DNA of 63,315 bases, filler included, from Octopus bimaculoides (GCF_001194135.2; 7 parts of 6 records of this genome joined end to end with filler, not necessarily neighbours in it), one strand, 5' to 3'; positions 11,470-22,966 are shown, counted from the first letter of the whole stretch. Program-made: numbers and translations. The notes: generated by a model from the letters alone, not told the origin.

Positions 11470-12859
11470 TTATATTTTGTGAAGATCTTTATATTTATAT
11501 GGACGCTGGTTGAGAACCACTGATCTAAATGAAAAGCTTTTATCAAAATTTTATGTCAATCTATTGTTCCTAACATTAATTTCCAGAATCAAAATACAAT
11601 GGTGGGTTTTGAAATGATAACCTCTGATAGAAGCCAAAAGCATTTTGATGTTTGAAAACTACGACAATTTGCAATGGGCAAAGAAGAAATTTAACTAAAA
11701 AATATATTTACAATAAATAAAAATGAAAAACAAATTTACAAAGTAAATTTCAGATATTTAAAAATTTTTGAAAACCGTTGATACAGTGCCAATAATACAT
11801 ACATAAGTACATGATGTGTACACACACACACACACAAACAAACAAACAAAGAGAAAGTAATAGACAAATAGACAGGTAGACAGGTAGACAGGTGGATATA
11901 TATGCAAACAGACAGATAGACATAGATAGACAGACAGATTGATAGACAAAAACAGATAGAAAGACTGATAGATATATGGGGAGTTAGATGCATAGGTAGA
12001 TAGATAGATAGATAAATAGATAGAGAGAAAGGGGGGGGAAGATAGAGTTAAGTAGACAAATAGACAGACAGACATAATCCATGTAAAAGAAGTGAATAAC
12101 ACGGAACCTCATTCATACACATCCACACATCCACATGCATTCACACCATTTAAAAATGATCCTAAATCTCTTCAAGTAGATGAATCAAGGCTTGTAAAGG
12201 TGAGTAGAGGGTTGTAAGGAAAGTGGGTTCTGTTATTTACATAAGACATAGGTGTCCAGTGAGTGTGACAACATGAACAATGAACAAAGGAGAAATATTG
12301 GTTTCACTCACATACGATGGAAACGGCTGAGACCAATGACGGTGTAAATATGAAAAAGAAACATTGTGTGGTTCTCCTGCTTTTACAAGTAGACGAGTGA
12401 AGATTGTCCCACTTATATAGGATGAGTGTAGATTATGAGTGTCACTCACATGATGTAATTTATAAGGGTGTGTCAGTCACTTAAGTGTGTTAAGTAGATT
12501 TACGTCAAGGACAGGAAGTGGAGTAGTGATTTCCTGACATGTGCTTAGGGACACAAAAAGCACATTAGAATCAACGTTGACATCCTAAATACATGGTAAA
12601 GTCTAGGAATAAACTTTGAAATATCCATATTAAACAAATGTAAATTGTCTAATGTGGAATTCTCTAAAGACCATTCATTTTATGTCTGTTTTTGTATGCT
12701 TACATGCATTAGATGAATATATTTGAGGGATTGTCCTTCTGGCACTAACACTTAGCCTGGGTTTTCAAGTAAGGGATCCCTTATTTAAAGGTAACAGGAT
12801 GAACTGACAAAAGAAAATGGCAACTCTGACTATTGCACTTTCATACGAATGTAAACAAG

Positions 12860-12890
<31 letters not shown>

Positions 12891-13534
12891 GTATGGGTGT
12901 GTGGCCAAGAAGTCTGCTTCCCAACTATGTGTGATCTTGGCACCTTCTTGTGATTGTATCTGAACTATTAGAGTTATTATCACAATTTATCCAGTACAAC
13001 CTTTAAACAAGTAAATAATATTTTCCTAAAGAATAGATCCACTTATTTCAGTTAGTGACTTATTCACAAATATGCCAACACTAGCGCCCCTGAGGGTAAT
13101 ATTCACTGGGAACACGCAAAAGCCTTTTTCAGAGTTATTTACTTTGAATTGTTATTACCTCATGTCTGATTAGCCAGTTATTACATAATATGCTTCACAA
13201 TTTTGGTATACATACCTTATTGGTATTTCCTCCTATGTTCTATATACTCTGGGAATGCATTAAAGCCCTTTTCAGGGCTATTTTATTTGAATTCTTACTA
13301 TCAGGTAACTAATTTCATGTTATTACATAACTGACTTCACAATTTGGGTATTCATAACTTATTAGGAATTCCTAAAAACAAGATCCTGTGTAAGACACTG
13401 TGGTACTCTCCGTAAATGCACAAAAACCGTTTTAAGGGCTACATACTTTGTATTGTTATTGGATTAGCATAAAAATTATGAGAACAGAACCAAGAGATAA
13501 GCCCCGCTTTCCCGGGAATTACCTGGTACATCAG

Positions 13535-13578
<44 letters not shown>

Positions 13579-13779
13579 TGAGTGTACAATATAAAGGAAG
13601 GATCCAGGGGAATAATTACAAGGTAGCTAAATGTTGCTTAAGTGTCCTAGGAAACAATGCACACACTTATGTGGGATTTGAACCTGGAGACAACCAAAAC
13701 ATATTTAGGAGGAAAATAGGTAAAATAGAAAAAGGAGACAAATGCTCAAGATGTTATTAAATCATTTGTATCTTTTTAT

Positions 13780-13864
13780 CTCCTACACATGTTTCGCTGG
13801 ATGCATCCAAAATACATCCAACAGGATGAATAATGATCACCTATGCATCAATCTCTTCATGGAG
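13780..13864 (-). ncRNA. Type I hammerhead ribozyme relic with C3A substitution
   Basis: Minus strand: CUCC-AUGAAGA-GAUUGAUGCAU...AUGCAUCCAGC-GAAAC-AUGU-GUA-GGAG. Stem I CUCC/GGAG; stem II 9 of 11 pairs; GUA triplet. Confidence 0.7.
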
Positions 13865-14259
13865 GATATAAATAATAGTACTCATCAAATAGACATTTTA
13901 ACAAATATATGAAGCCCCAGGAAATGCAACGTATATATATATATACATATACATATATGTATATATATATATATATATATGTATACATGTCTCTTAAAGG
14001 ATAGAGCTCAAAATCAATGCATTGAAGATACTTTATTGCAGCAACAATTATAATAACAGAAACAACCACAATAAGCCAAACCTATGCACATTTCAATAGG
14101 GTATCCCGGAAAAATAAACCACATCATAAGATGTCTCGTAAAATATTGTAACAAATTACAACATATTACAAATATTACAAATTTCTGGATACTCCATCTC
14201 ATCAGGGTCGCATTATTGCCATCACCAATACTATTATTAGCAAAACACACACATCATCC

Positions 14260-14359
14260 NNNNNNNNNNNNNNNNNNNNNNNNNNNNNNNNNNNNNNNNN
14301 NNNTTAATTAATTAANNNNNNNNNNNNNNNNNNNNNNNNNNNNNNNNNNNNNNNNNNNN
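14260..14359. other. Synthetic 100-bp scaffold spacer N44-TTAATTAATTAA-N44 (also 23511-23610, 40981-41080, 45886-45985, 55085-55184, 61999-62098)
   Basis: Identical 44+12+44 layout six times; the 12-mer is palindromic and puts TAA stops in all six frames. Confidence 0.95.
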
Positions 14360-14560
14360 TAATAATAATAATAATATAATAATAATAATAATAATAATAG
14401 TAAAATCGATAGGAATGAGAACCCAGGTTCGAAATTCCCCCAAGACACCTGACGAAGGCTGGAGGGTATATCAGCCGAAACGTGTTAACAACAAACAAGA
14501 TGAGGACGAATATCCGTCAAATGTAAATAATGTAAATAATTCCTCATCTCTTAAATATAG
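14360..14560 (+). mobile_element. Short PLE-type repeat with a hammerhead-like core lacking the NUH triplet (14444-14486)
   Basis: GACAC-CUGACGA-A-GGCUG[GAGGGUAUAU]CAGCC-GAAAC-GUGUU; adjoins (AAT)n. Confidence 0.6.
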
Positions 14561-17500
14561 ACGGGGTCGAAGGTGTGGGTATACTTCTTGCAGAGAAATG
14601 GGTTGATAAGGTAATCAAGGTAGTTAGAGTCTGCGTTAGAATACTTAAAATTAGATTAGTGCTACATCATGGGTTAGTAACCATTATCTCAGCCTATGCC
14701 CCTCAGCCGGGGCTACCTGATGGACAGAAAGAACGATTTTATGACACCCTCTTGCTGACTACCTCATTGACAAATGACAAGGACCTTCTCTTTGTGGTTG
14801 GTGATTTCAGTGGACATGTTGGACAACATGCAGGGGGCTTCCATGGCGTAAATGGAGGCTATGGTTTTGTTTCCCGCAATGAGGAGAGAACCAGGCTGCT
14901 GGAGTTCTGTGATGCAAATGATCTTATGGTTTGCAATACTAACTTCAGGAAACCTGCCAGTCATCTAGTCACCTACTAATCTGGTAGACACACTAACCAA
15001 ATTGACTACATTCTTGTCAGGGAAAGGGAAAGATGGCTGCTTATAAATGCCAAAACCTTCCCAGGCGAAGAATGTACCCTACAACATAGACTGGTAGTTA
15101 GCGACTTCAGGATCAGGGCTAAATGGATGCCCAGAAGATGACCAGCATGGAGGAGAAGGATCTGGAAGCTAAAAGATCCTGCAAATGGACAGAGATTTAG
15201 AGACATATTACTTGAAGCTTTTGATGAAATAGAGTGGGATATAGCATCACATGATGTGGAAGACAACTTGAGTTGTCTATGGGACAACCTGCTGAGAGCC
15301 ACTGACCAGATCTATGGATGGTGCAAAGTCCCCTCACGATCCAAGGTAACGTGGTGGTGGAACAATGTTGTTAACAAGGCCATTTGGGAAAAGAAACAGG
15401 CTTGGAAGGACTGGAAAAATGGTGGTAGCATGGAATTGTATCAGACTGCCTGAAGGGAAGCTAGGAGACAGGTTTATTTAGCCAGAGGGGAAGCAGATAA
15501 GAAAAAATTTGCCAATGTTTTGCGTCATGAGGACCAAAGACTTGAGGTATTTCGTGTTGCAAAACAGTGTGTGAGAGAGAATCGTGATGTCGAAAGAGAG
15601 AAATGTGTCTGCATGGATAATGGTTCGCTTGCATGAAACGAGGCTGCAAAGAGAGAGGTTTGGAGACACCATTATGAAAGGTTGCTAAATAAAGAGAATG
15701 AATGGGAGAAAGAGAGTCTGCTGAATGCCCTCCCAACAGAGGGACCAGCTATCCAAATTGTCAGTACTTTGGTAGATAAAGCAATTAAGAGTATGAAGAC
15801 AGGGAAAGCCCCTGGCCCATCAGAAATCACTGCAGAGATGCTCAAAATATCTGGCAGTGTTGGCTATAGCCTAGTCATCCGTATAGTCAACCAGGTGATA
15901 CATGAATGAGTCATACCCAATGACTGGTGTAGCAGCACCATAGTCAACTGCTACAAAGGTAAAGGTGTCGCTTTAGACACAAACAATTACAGAGGTATCA
16001 AGTTGTTGGACCAGGTAATGAAGGTCACGGAGAGGGTCATAGCCCAACTAATTAGGGAGAGAGNNNNNNNNNNNNNNNNNNNNNNNNNNNNNNNNNNNNN
16101 NNNNNNNNNNNNNNNNNNNNNNNNNNNNNNNNNNNNNNNNNNNNNNNNNNNNNNNNNNNNNNNNNNNNNNNNNNNNNNNNNNNNNNNNNNNNNNNNNNNN
16201 NNNNNNNNNNNNNNNNNNNNNNNNNNNNNNNNNNNNNNNNNNNNNNNNNNNNNNNNNNNNNNNNNNNNNNNNNNNNNNNNNNNNNNNNNNNNNNNNNNNN
16301 NNNNNNNNNNNNNNNNNNNNNNNNNNNNNNNNNNNNNNNNNNNNNNNNNNNNNNNNNNNNNNNNNNNNNNNNNNNNNNNNNNNNNNNNNNNNNNNNNNNN
16401 NNNNNNNNNNNNNNNNNNNNNNNNNNNNNNNNNNNNNNNNNNNNNNNNNNNGCAATAACAGAGGAATTCAAGACAGGATGCCCCTGGGAGCTCTTCCATG
16501 CTGATGACCTTGCTCTAATTGCTGAGTCACTACCAGAACAAGAGATGAAGTTTAGGGTGTGGAAGCAGGGATTAAAATTGAAGGGCCTTAGAGTCAACCT
16601 AGCTAAAACCAAAGTCTTAATAAGTAGGAAGGCAGACAAACCACAAATCCCTTCAGGTAGAAACTCCAGATGTACCCAGTGTAAGCTATGGACACATAAG
16701 AGGTGCAGCAATATCAAAGGCAGGCCAATTGGGAAGATAGTTTTTGTATGTGACAAATGTTCAGGAGCAATAAACACTGAAAATGTGCAGAGAACAACTT
16801 GTCACTTTCCAGGTAGAAAAACAACAAGTAATTGATAGCTTCCATTACCTAGGTGACCAATTCAGTAGTTGGGGTGGATGCCCTGAAAGTGTAGCTGCTA
16901 GAATAAAAATAGCCTGGGCAAAGTTCAGAGAGCTCCTATCTTTACTGGTGAGAAAGGGCCTCTTGCTCAGAGTAAAAGGTAGACTGTATGATGCATGTGT
17001 ATGAACAGACATGCTACATGGCAGTGAAACATGGGCCGTAAGCTCGCAAGGAATGAAGCCAGTATGCTCCACTGGATGTGTAATGTCAGTGTGCATCCAC
17101 GACAGAGGATAAACACCCTGAGAGAAAAGTTGGACTTAAGAAGCATCAGATGTTGTATGCAAGGGAGACGACTGTGCTGGTATGGTCATGTGTTGTGAAT
17201 GGATGAGGACAGCTCTGTGAAAAAGTGCCAAACCCTAGCAGTTGAGGGAACCTGTGGAAGTGGTAGACCCAGGAAGACCTGGGATGAGGTTAGGGTTCGA
17301 ACATTGGGACTCACTGAGGCAATGACTAGTGACTGAGACCTTTGGAGACATGCTGTGCCTGAGAAGACCCGACATGCCAAGTGAGACCATAACCTGTAGC
17401 TTATGCCAGTGGTGTAACCAGCCCACTTATGAGTATCCTTCATTCATTGGACAATAAACTTTGCGTGTGAAGACCTGTTGAGGCAAGTGAAATCAGAATC

Positions 17501-17782
17501 ACTGATGCGGCTGATGACAGAACTGCCTGATTGGCACTCGTGCCAGTGGAACGTTAAAAGCACCATCTGAACGTGGTCATTGCCAGCGTTACCTTACTGG
17601 CACGTGAGGGTGGCATGTGAAAAACAGCATTTGAGCGTGGTCATTGCCAGTGCTGCTGGACTGGCTCCCGTGCAGGTGGCATGTAAAAAACGCCTTTTGA
17701 GTGTGGTCATTGCCAGTACCACTTGACTGGCCCTCGTGCCAATGGCATGTAAAAGCACCCACTACACTCTCGGAGTGGTTGG
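14561..17782 (+). mobile_element. Decayed, 5'-truncated RTE-clade LINE (APE endonuclease + RT + 3' UTR with ~60-bp tandem units)
   Basis: APE motifs (GVGILLAEKWVDKV, IISAYAPQ, VVGDFSGHVG, NTNFRK), RT motifs (GKAPGPS, NYRGIKLLDQVMKV, LFHADDL) and thumb region (AAR...AWAKFRELL, YDACV). Many stops and frameshifts; a gap lies inside the RT. Confidence 0.92.
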
Positions 17783-18234
17783 NNNNNNNNNNNNNNNNNN
17801 NNNNNNNNNNNNNNNNNNNNNNNNNNNNNNNNNNNNNNNNNNNNNNNNNNNNNNNNNNNNNNNNNNNNNNNNNNNNNNNNNNNNNNNNNNNNNNNNNNNN
17901 NNNNNNNNNNNNNNNNNNNNNNNNNNNNNNNNNNNNNNNNNNNNNNNNNNNNNNNNNNNNNNNNNNNNNNNNNNNNNNNNNNNNNNNNNNNNNNNNNNNN
18001 NNNNNNNNNNNNNNNNNNNNNNNNNNNNNNNNNNNNNNNNNNNNNNNNNNNNNNNNNNNNNNNNNNNNNNNNNNNNNNNNNNNNNNNNNNNNNNNNNNNN
18101 NNNNNNNNNNNNNNNNNNNNNNNNNNNNNNNNNNNNNNNNNNNNNNNNNNNNNNNNNNNNNNNNNNNNNNNNNNNNNNNNNNNNNNNNNNNNNNNNNNNN
18201 NNNNNNNNNNNNNTATATATATACATACATATAA

Positions 18235-19298
18235 AAATATTAATATTTCTAAATCTCTCTGAAGGAGACTACAGCAGCAGTACTGGGTATTAATAGTTAT
18301 TGCCAAGCTAACATGGCAGTCCGGGAAAATAGGACGAATGCTGCTGTGGATTAGCTCCAAGAGGCCATCGTCTCTAGCTAGCTTTGTGACACACAAACCT
18401 GTGTCCATTACAACCTTCGATGAGGGGAGGTCAGCAGCTTCCCCTTGCTGATTCAACATCTACTGACTAGTTTTGGGGTATTTGCCCCTTATCAATGTGG
18501 AGTAGCTGAGACCCAGCAGGCGTTGCTGCTGTCTGTCTGTTCGAAGGTTTATTTACCTATAATGCATCCACTGGTTTTCAAAATTAGAAATATTAATATT
18601 TCTCAATCTCTCTAAAGGAGACTATGGCAGCATTGCTGGATATTAATAGTTATCACCTGTGTCCATTACAACCTTCAAACAGGGGAGGTCAGCAGCTTCC
18701 CCTTGCTGGTTCAACATCCACAGACTAACTCCACTTCTGCGATGCCTGCTGGGTTCGGGTACTCCACATTGAAATAGTCTGTGGATGTTGAACCAGCAAG
18801 GGGAAGCTGCTGACCTTCTCTGTTTGAAGGTTGTAATGGATACAGGTTTGTGTGTCACATAGCTAGCTAGAGTCGATGGCCTCTTGGAGCTGATCAACGG
18901 CAGCATTCATCCTATTTTCCTGGACTGCCATGTTAGCTTGGCAATAACTATTAATATCCAGTACTGCTGCCGTAGTCTCCTTTAGAGAGATTTAGAAATA
19001 TTAATATTTCTAATTTTGAAAACCAGTAGATGTATTCCACTGAATATAGGTAAATAAACCTTCAAACAGACGGTCAGCAGCGACGCCTGCTGGGTTCGGC
19101 TACTCCACATTGAAAAAAAGGAAAATACCCCGAAAATAGTCTGTGGTCGTTGAACCAGCAAAGGGAAGCTACTGACCTCCCCTGTTCGAAGGTTGTAATG
19201 GACACAGGTTTGTGTCACATAGCTAGCTAGAGGTGATGGCCTCTTGGAGCTAATCAACGGCAGCATTTATTCTATTTTCCCGGACTGCCATGTTAGCT
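18235..19298. repeat. Tandem plus inverted array of a ~353-bp monomer (unclassified)
   Basis: The AAATATTAATATTTC junction recurs at 18235 and 18588 (353 bp apart) and at 18996. Orientation flips at ~18729-18775, then two reverse units follow. Confidence 0.9.
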
Positions 19299-19521
19299 CT
19301 AACCATCCCTCAATTCCCCCATACATTCATAAATTCAGCTGCCCACTTTTGCACTGCTGACATTAAAACAAGAAGTTTTGTTACAAACTGAACTTTTTTA
19401 CATGTATTGGGAATAATTTTTAAAGTAGAACATTCACTCAGTCTATTCTGTAATTTTAACTGTAAATTGTTTCACAGAGTTCTGTCTGCTCAAATCTTGA
19501 GGCAGCTCTACCTTTATAATA

Positions 19522-20335
19522 TGAGGTGGTATCAAAAGGTTCCCAGACTAGTTCTGTAGTGCACCAACAGATGGCAGCACACATGCACAGTGAGAGCTAA
19601 CAATAACCTTCATGAGGCATTGTTGTGTTTACTTTGCAAGTTGTGAAATTTGTGTTTTTGTGATCATGTATATGCGATTTTTGTCATGGACAAAAAGTTA
19701 GAACAAAGAGCCATAGTAAAATTTTGCGTTAAACTTGGGAAGTCTGGTACAGAGACATTGAGTATGCTTTGGCAATCTTATGGTTATGAGCAACAGTTGT
19801 CACAATGGAAGAGCCCTTCATCTCCACAACCAAGAGCATGTTCATTGTTTTTTTATGACATCCACAGTAATGTGCATTGAGAATTCATCCCCTGGGCCAG
19901 ACCATTAATTGAGAGTTCTACTGCAACATTTTGGAGCATTTGGGGGAGGACATTTGGCGAAAGCGACTGGATTTACAATAACAATGCACCCTGTCACTGA
20001 GCACTCCTCACTCGTGAGTTTCTTGCCAAAAACATGTTGTCGCTTCTGTACCCACCCTATTCACCAGATTTATGACCTGTGGACTTCCATCTCTTCCCGA
20101 AGAGAAAAAGGCAGCTCAGAGGTTGCCATGTTAACACCATTACTAAAATCCAGAGTAAATCATAGAAGTTCCTCAACTTGCTTACAGAAAATGACTTCCA
20201 GGCTGGATTCCAATGCTGGGACCAGTGTATTGCTGCATAAGATGACTATTTTGAAGGAGATGATGTTAAAACTTTGGTAAATAAGTTATTTTTTGTTAAA
20301 CATAACTAATCTGGAAATTTTTTGATACCACCTTG
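19522..20335 (+). mobile_element. Internally deleted mariner (irritans-like) element with TA TSD
   Basis: TIRs TGAGGTGGTATCAAAAGG and TTTTTTGATACCACCTTG flanked by TA. Transposase start MDKKLEQRAIVKFCVKLGKSGTETLSMLWQSYG. Confidence 0.88.
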
Positions 20336-20686
20336 TACATGTCTGCGTTAAAGAATGTGTAAATTTGTTCTTATTCCACCTCCTCTTTGTACTATAAATA
20401 TATTTCTTCTCTTTATGATATCCAATTTTGTTATTAATCTAATAATCCATACATAGTGTCTCCCAAAATAGGAGAGTAAAAAATTATACATGAAGTATTT
20501 CAATTATAAATACTGTTCACTTACTAACTTACTATAAATTCAAACTTTTGTGTAATCATCTTTTTATGACATTTTTCATCTCTACTATTTATTTATTTAT
20601 TTGTTATATAATTGTAATTAACTGTAGAATGAGAATTATTGTTTATGTATTAATGGTTTAAAACCTTAAATGTCTGAATTTTATAG

Positions 20687-20877
20687 CTACTCTTCCCCAG
20701 AAGCTATCGGGAACATTACAAGGACAAAGAACAAAGTTTCACAGTCATCAGCTTACAGTTAGTCAACCCAACATGAAAATTAAGCTACTACCTGCACTCC
20801 AGGATAATTATATGTACCTACTTATTGATGATACTACCAAACTTTGTGCTGCAGTTGATCCTGTTGATCCAAAACTG
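20687..20877 (+). CDS. HAGH: Coding exon of hydroxyacylglutathione hydrolase (glyoxalase II). It contains the cytosolic-form start Met at 20773 and an open upstream extension.
   Basis: 20773-20877 translates to [35 protein letters not shown], matching the glyoxalase II N-terminus (human, from memory: [35 protein letters not shown]). It ends at a phase-0 donor CTG|GTTAGT (GT at 20878). Acceptors are ttttatAG|20687 or cttccccAG|20701. The upstream frame is open: (TLPQ)[25 protein letters not shown]. Confidence 0.93.
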
Positions 20878-21559
20878 GTTAGTGTTTAATCCTATTACTT
20901 CAGGTGTTTGGTATGTGACTATAGTCTGTATGCAGTCAAATAAATATCATCTCTGTGTATCTTCATAGATAGAAGCATTTATGTTACAGTGCACATGTAT
21001 ACTATAAAAGTGGAATGGTTCAAAAGATAAATTGATTCAAGTAAAGTTAAATCATTTTCATAGCATTTTCTACTGTTTGGGCACTTGAAATTTTCACCAA
21101 TGTTTTTCATCCCTCTTGGTTTTGACTATTTTTTTTATGAACTCAGGCTCCAACTGATCTGATATAGAATTAAATATTGGTTTGTCTTCCATTCAAGCTT
21201 GGTAATCCTGGTGGTATTCATCTCCTCTGCATGATATAGGTTTTGCAGGTTGTCAAGGAGCTCATCTATTTTTGATAGTTGTCTATTTTTATCCTACTGG
21301 TTATCCTTACACTCTCCTCACTGGGAAAGCCCTTTAGAGAGCTAGTTGTTTTTGGCAGAACACTTTATTTTGAATTGTCTGAGTTTATATATCTGTCAGG
21401 ATAGGTGACAGATCTATCTTAGAATATTACTGGTGTCTGTCCAGGGAAAGATTATCTGTTATTTATTGTCAGTCATAAAACTGAAGTCAAAAAGTTCAAA
21501 TTTGAAAAAATAATCTCAACCATGTAAGCACAAGCAAAAAGTGTGTATGTTAGTGTGGC

Positions 21560-22095
21560 TCAGAATAATCCCTAGAGATAGTAGAAGACTTCTGATACTG
21601 AGGTAACCTAATTAGCATGGAAGAGGATATTTTGAAAGTAGAGTTGCTTGAATAAGAACAAACTGGGGAAAGTTCAGAGAGCTTTTACCTCTGTTGGTTA
21701 CAAGATATTTCTCTATCAGAGTGAAAGGCAGATTATATTATGCATATATATGAATAGCAATGCTGCACATTAGTAAGACAGTGGATCTTAATGCAGAGGA
21801 CTTGTGAAGATTAGAAAGAAATGAAGCTAGCCTGTCCCATTGGATGTGCAACATAAGTGTGCATGAACAACACAGTACAAATGTGTTGTGAGAAAAATTG
21901 GGGCTACACTGGTATGGGCATGTGATGCATATGGATGAAGACAACTGTATAAAGAAGTGTCAATTACTTAAGGTGAATGGAGCTTATGGAAAAGGAAGAT
22001 TGATCTCAGAACTTTGTCTCTCACAGAAGAAGTGTCAAAGGACTGGGATGATTAGATATGCAGTGCTTGAGAAAACCCATCCATCATAGTGAAAC
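21560..22095 (+). mobile_element. Older, more decayed RTE LINE 3' fragment
   Basis: GGAAAGTTCAGAGAGCTTTTACCTCTG; ORF GLHWYGHVMHMDEDNCIKKCQLLKVNGAYGKGR, homologous to 16900-17290. Confidence 0.75.
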
Positions 22096-22195
22096 TTAGA
22101 TTCTGGAAACGTGTTTGTATGTGTGTGTGTTTTGAAAATATTTAAGTGTAATTTCTACTGTACCTTTTCTTGGAGAGCATCCAAAAACAAACATT

Positions 22196-22966
22196 TTAAT
22201 ACCTCATTTGTGAAATTTGGATGAATATTTTAAGAAATACTAACAGAGATACCTGGCATTGCTCGGGATTAAAACGACAATTTGTGTGTATATGTTGAAA
22301 CAGGTGATACAGGAAATTGCAGCATTGGTGACAAAACATTTGTGGAGTAAATTTTAAAGCTTTGCATAAACGACAATTTGAATTTAGCACACCAATTTGG
22401 ACAGAATTATCATTTTTATAAGAATGGGATGGATCATATCTGAAAGCAGCTCCAGATGTTGTGAAGAATGAATTTGTACATGGTTTGTTTTGGAGAGCTA
22501 TTCTATTGGACCTCTGTTTAATCTGGCATGCTAAATGTTGTTTTAAGGATTCAGCATTAAGTGCTGCAGCACACCTTTGCTGATCTTGGGAAAGACCTAT
22601 CTCCCCTCTTTCTTGAGACTCCATCTGATGTGCTGCAGCATGCCTTTGTTGATCCTGAGAAAGTCTCATCTTCCTTCTGTCTTGGGACTCCATCAGATGT
22701 GCTGCATGCTTTAGCTGATGTTGAGAAAGTCTTCTCTCCCTTCTCTCTTGAGACTGTATTTAACGTGCTGCAGCATGCGTTTGCTGATCTTTGGAAAGTG
22801 TCATGTCTCTTTTGTATTGAGACTCCATCTGATGTGCTGCAGCATGCCTTTGCTGATGTTGAGAAAGTCTCATGTCCCTTATCTCTTGAGACTCTTGCCT
22901 TCAGTTTTCTGCACTCCTTGCTTTATAGGTGTTTCTGGAGAGATTATGTTTTTCCTTTGGTGGCAT
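22196..22966 (-). pseudogene. Helitron Rep/Hel N-terminal fragment with ~69-bp (23-codon) tandem repeats
   Basis: Start MPPKEKHNLSRNTYKAR (ATG at 22966), then repeats (ESQ..R..RLSQDQQRHAA), then AAFRYDPSHSY..DNSVQIGVLNSNCRLCKALKF..CHQCC, typical of Helitron N-termini. Confidence 0.8.

Larger units (their letters stand above)
10151..11522. mobile_element. hAT MITE with perfect 8-bp TSD, expanded by nested insertions
   Basis: TIRs CTGGGGTTCTCAACC and GGTTGAGAACCACTG; TSD ATCTAAAT at 10143-10150 and 11523-11530. Confidence 0.85.

Noticed and set aside
14170-14210. Minus-strand CUGAUGA-GAUGGA-GUA-UCCA-GAAA
   Set aside because: Stem II closing bases are missing and stem I does not pair; at best a dead relic.
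14304-14315. Repeated TTAATTAATTAA palindrome as a regulatory motif or CRISPR-like repeat
   Set aside because: Always centred in exactly 44+44 Ns, so it is an assembly spacer.
20734-20752. CUGAUGA...GAAAC on the minus strand inside the HAGH exon
   Set aside because: Only 4 nt between the core halves; stem II cannot form. Chance match.
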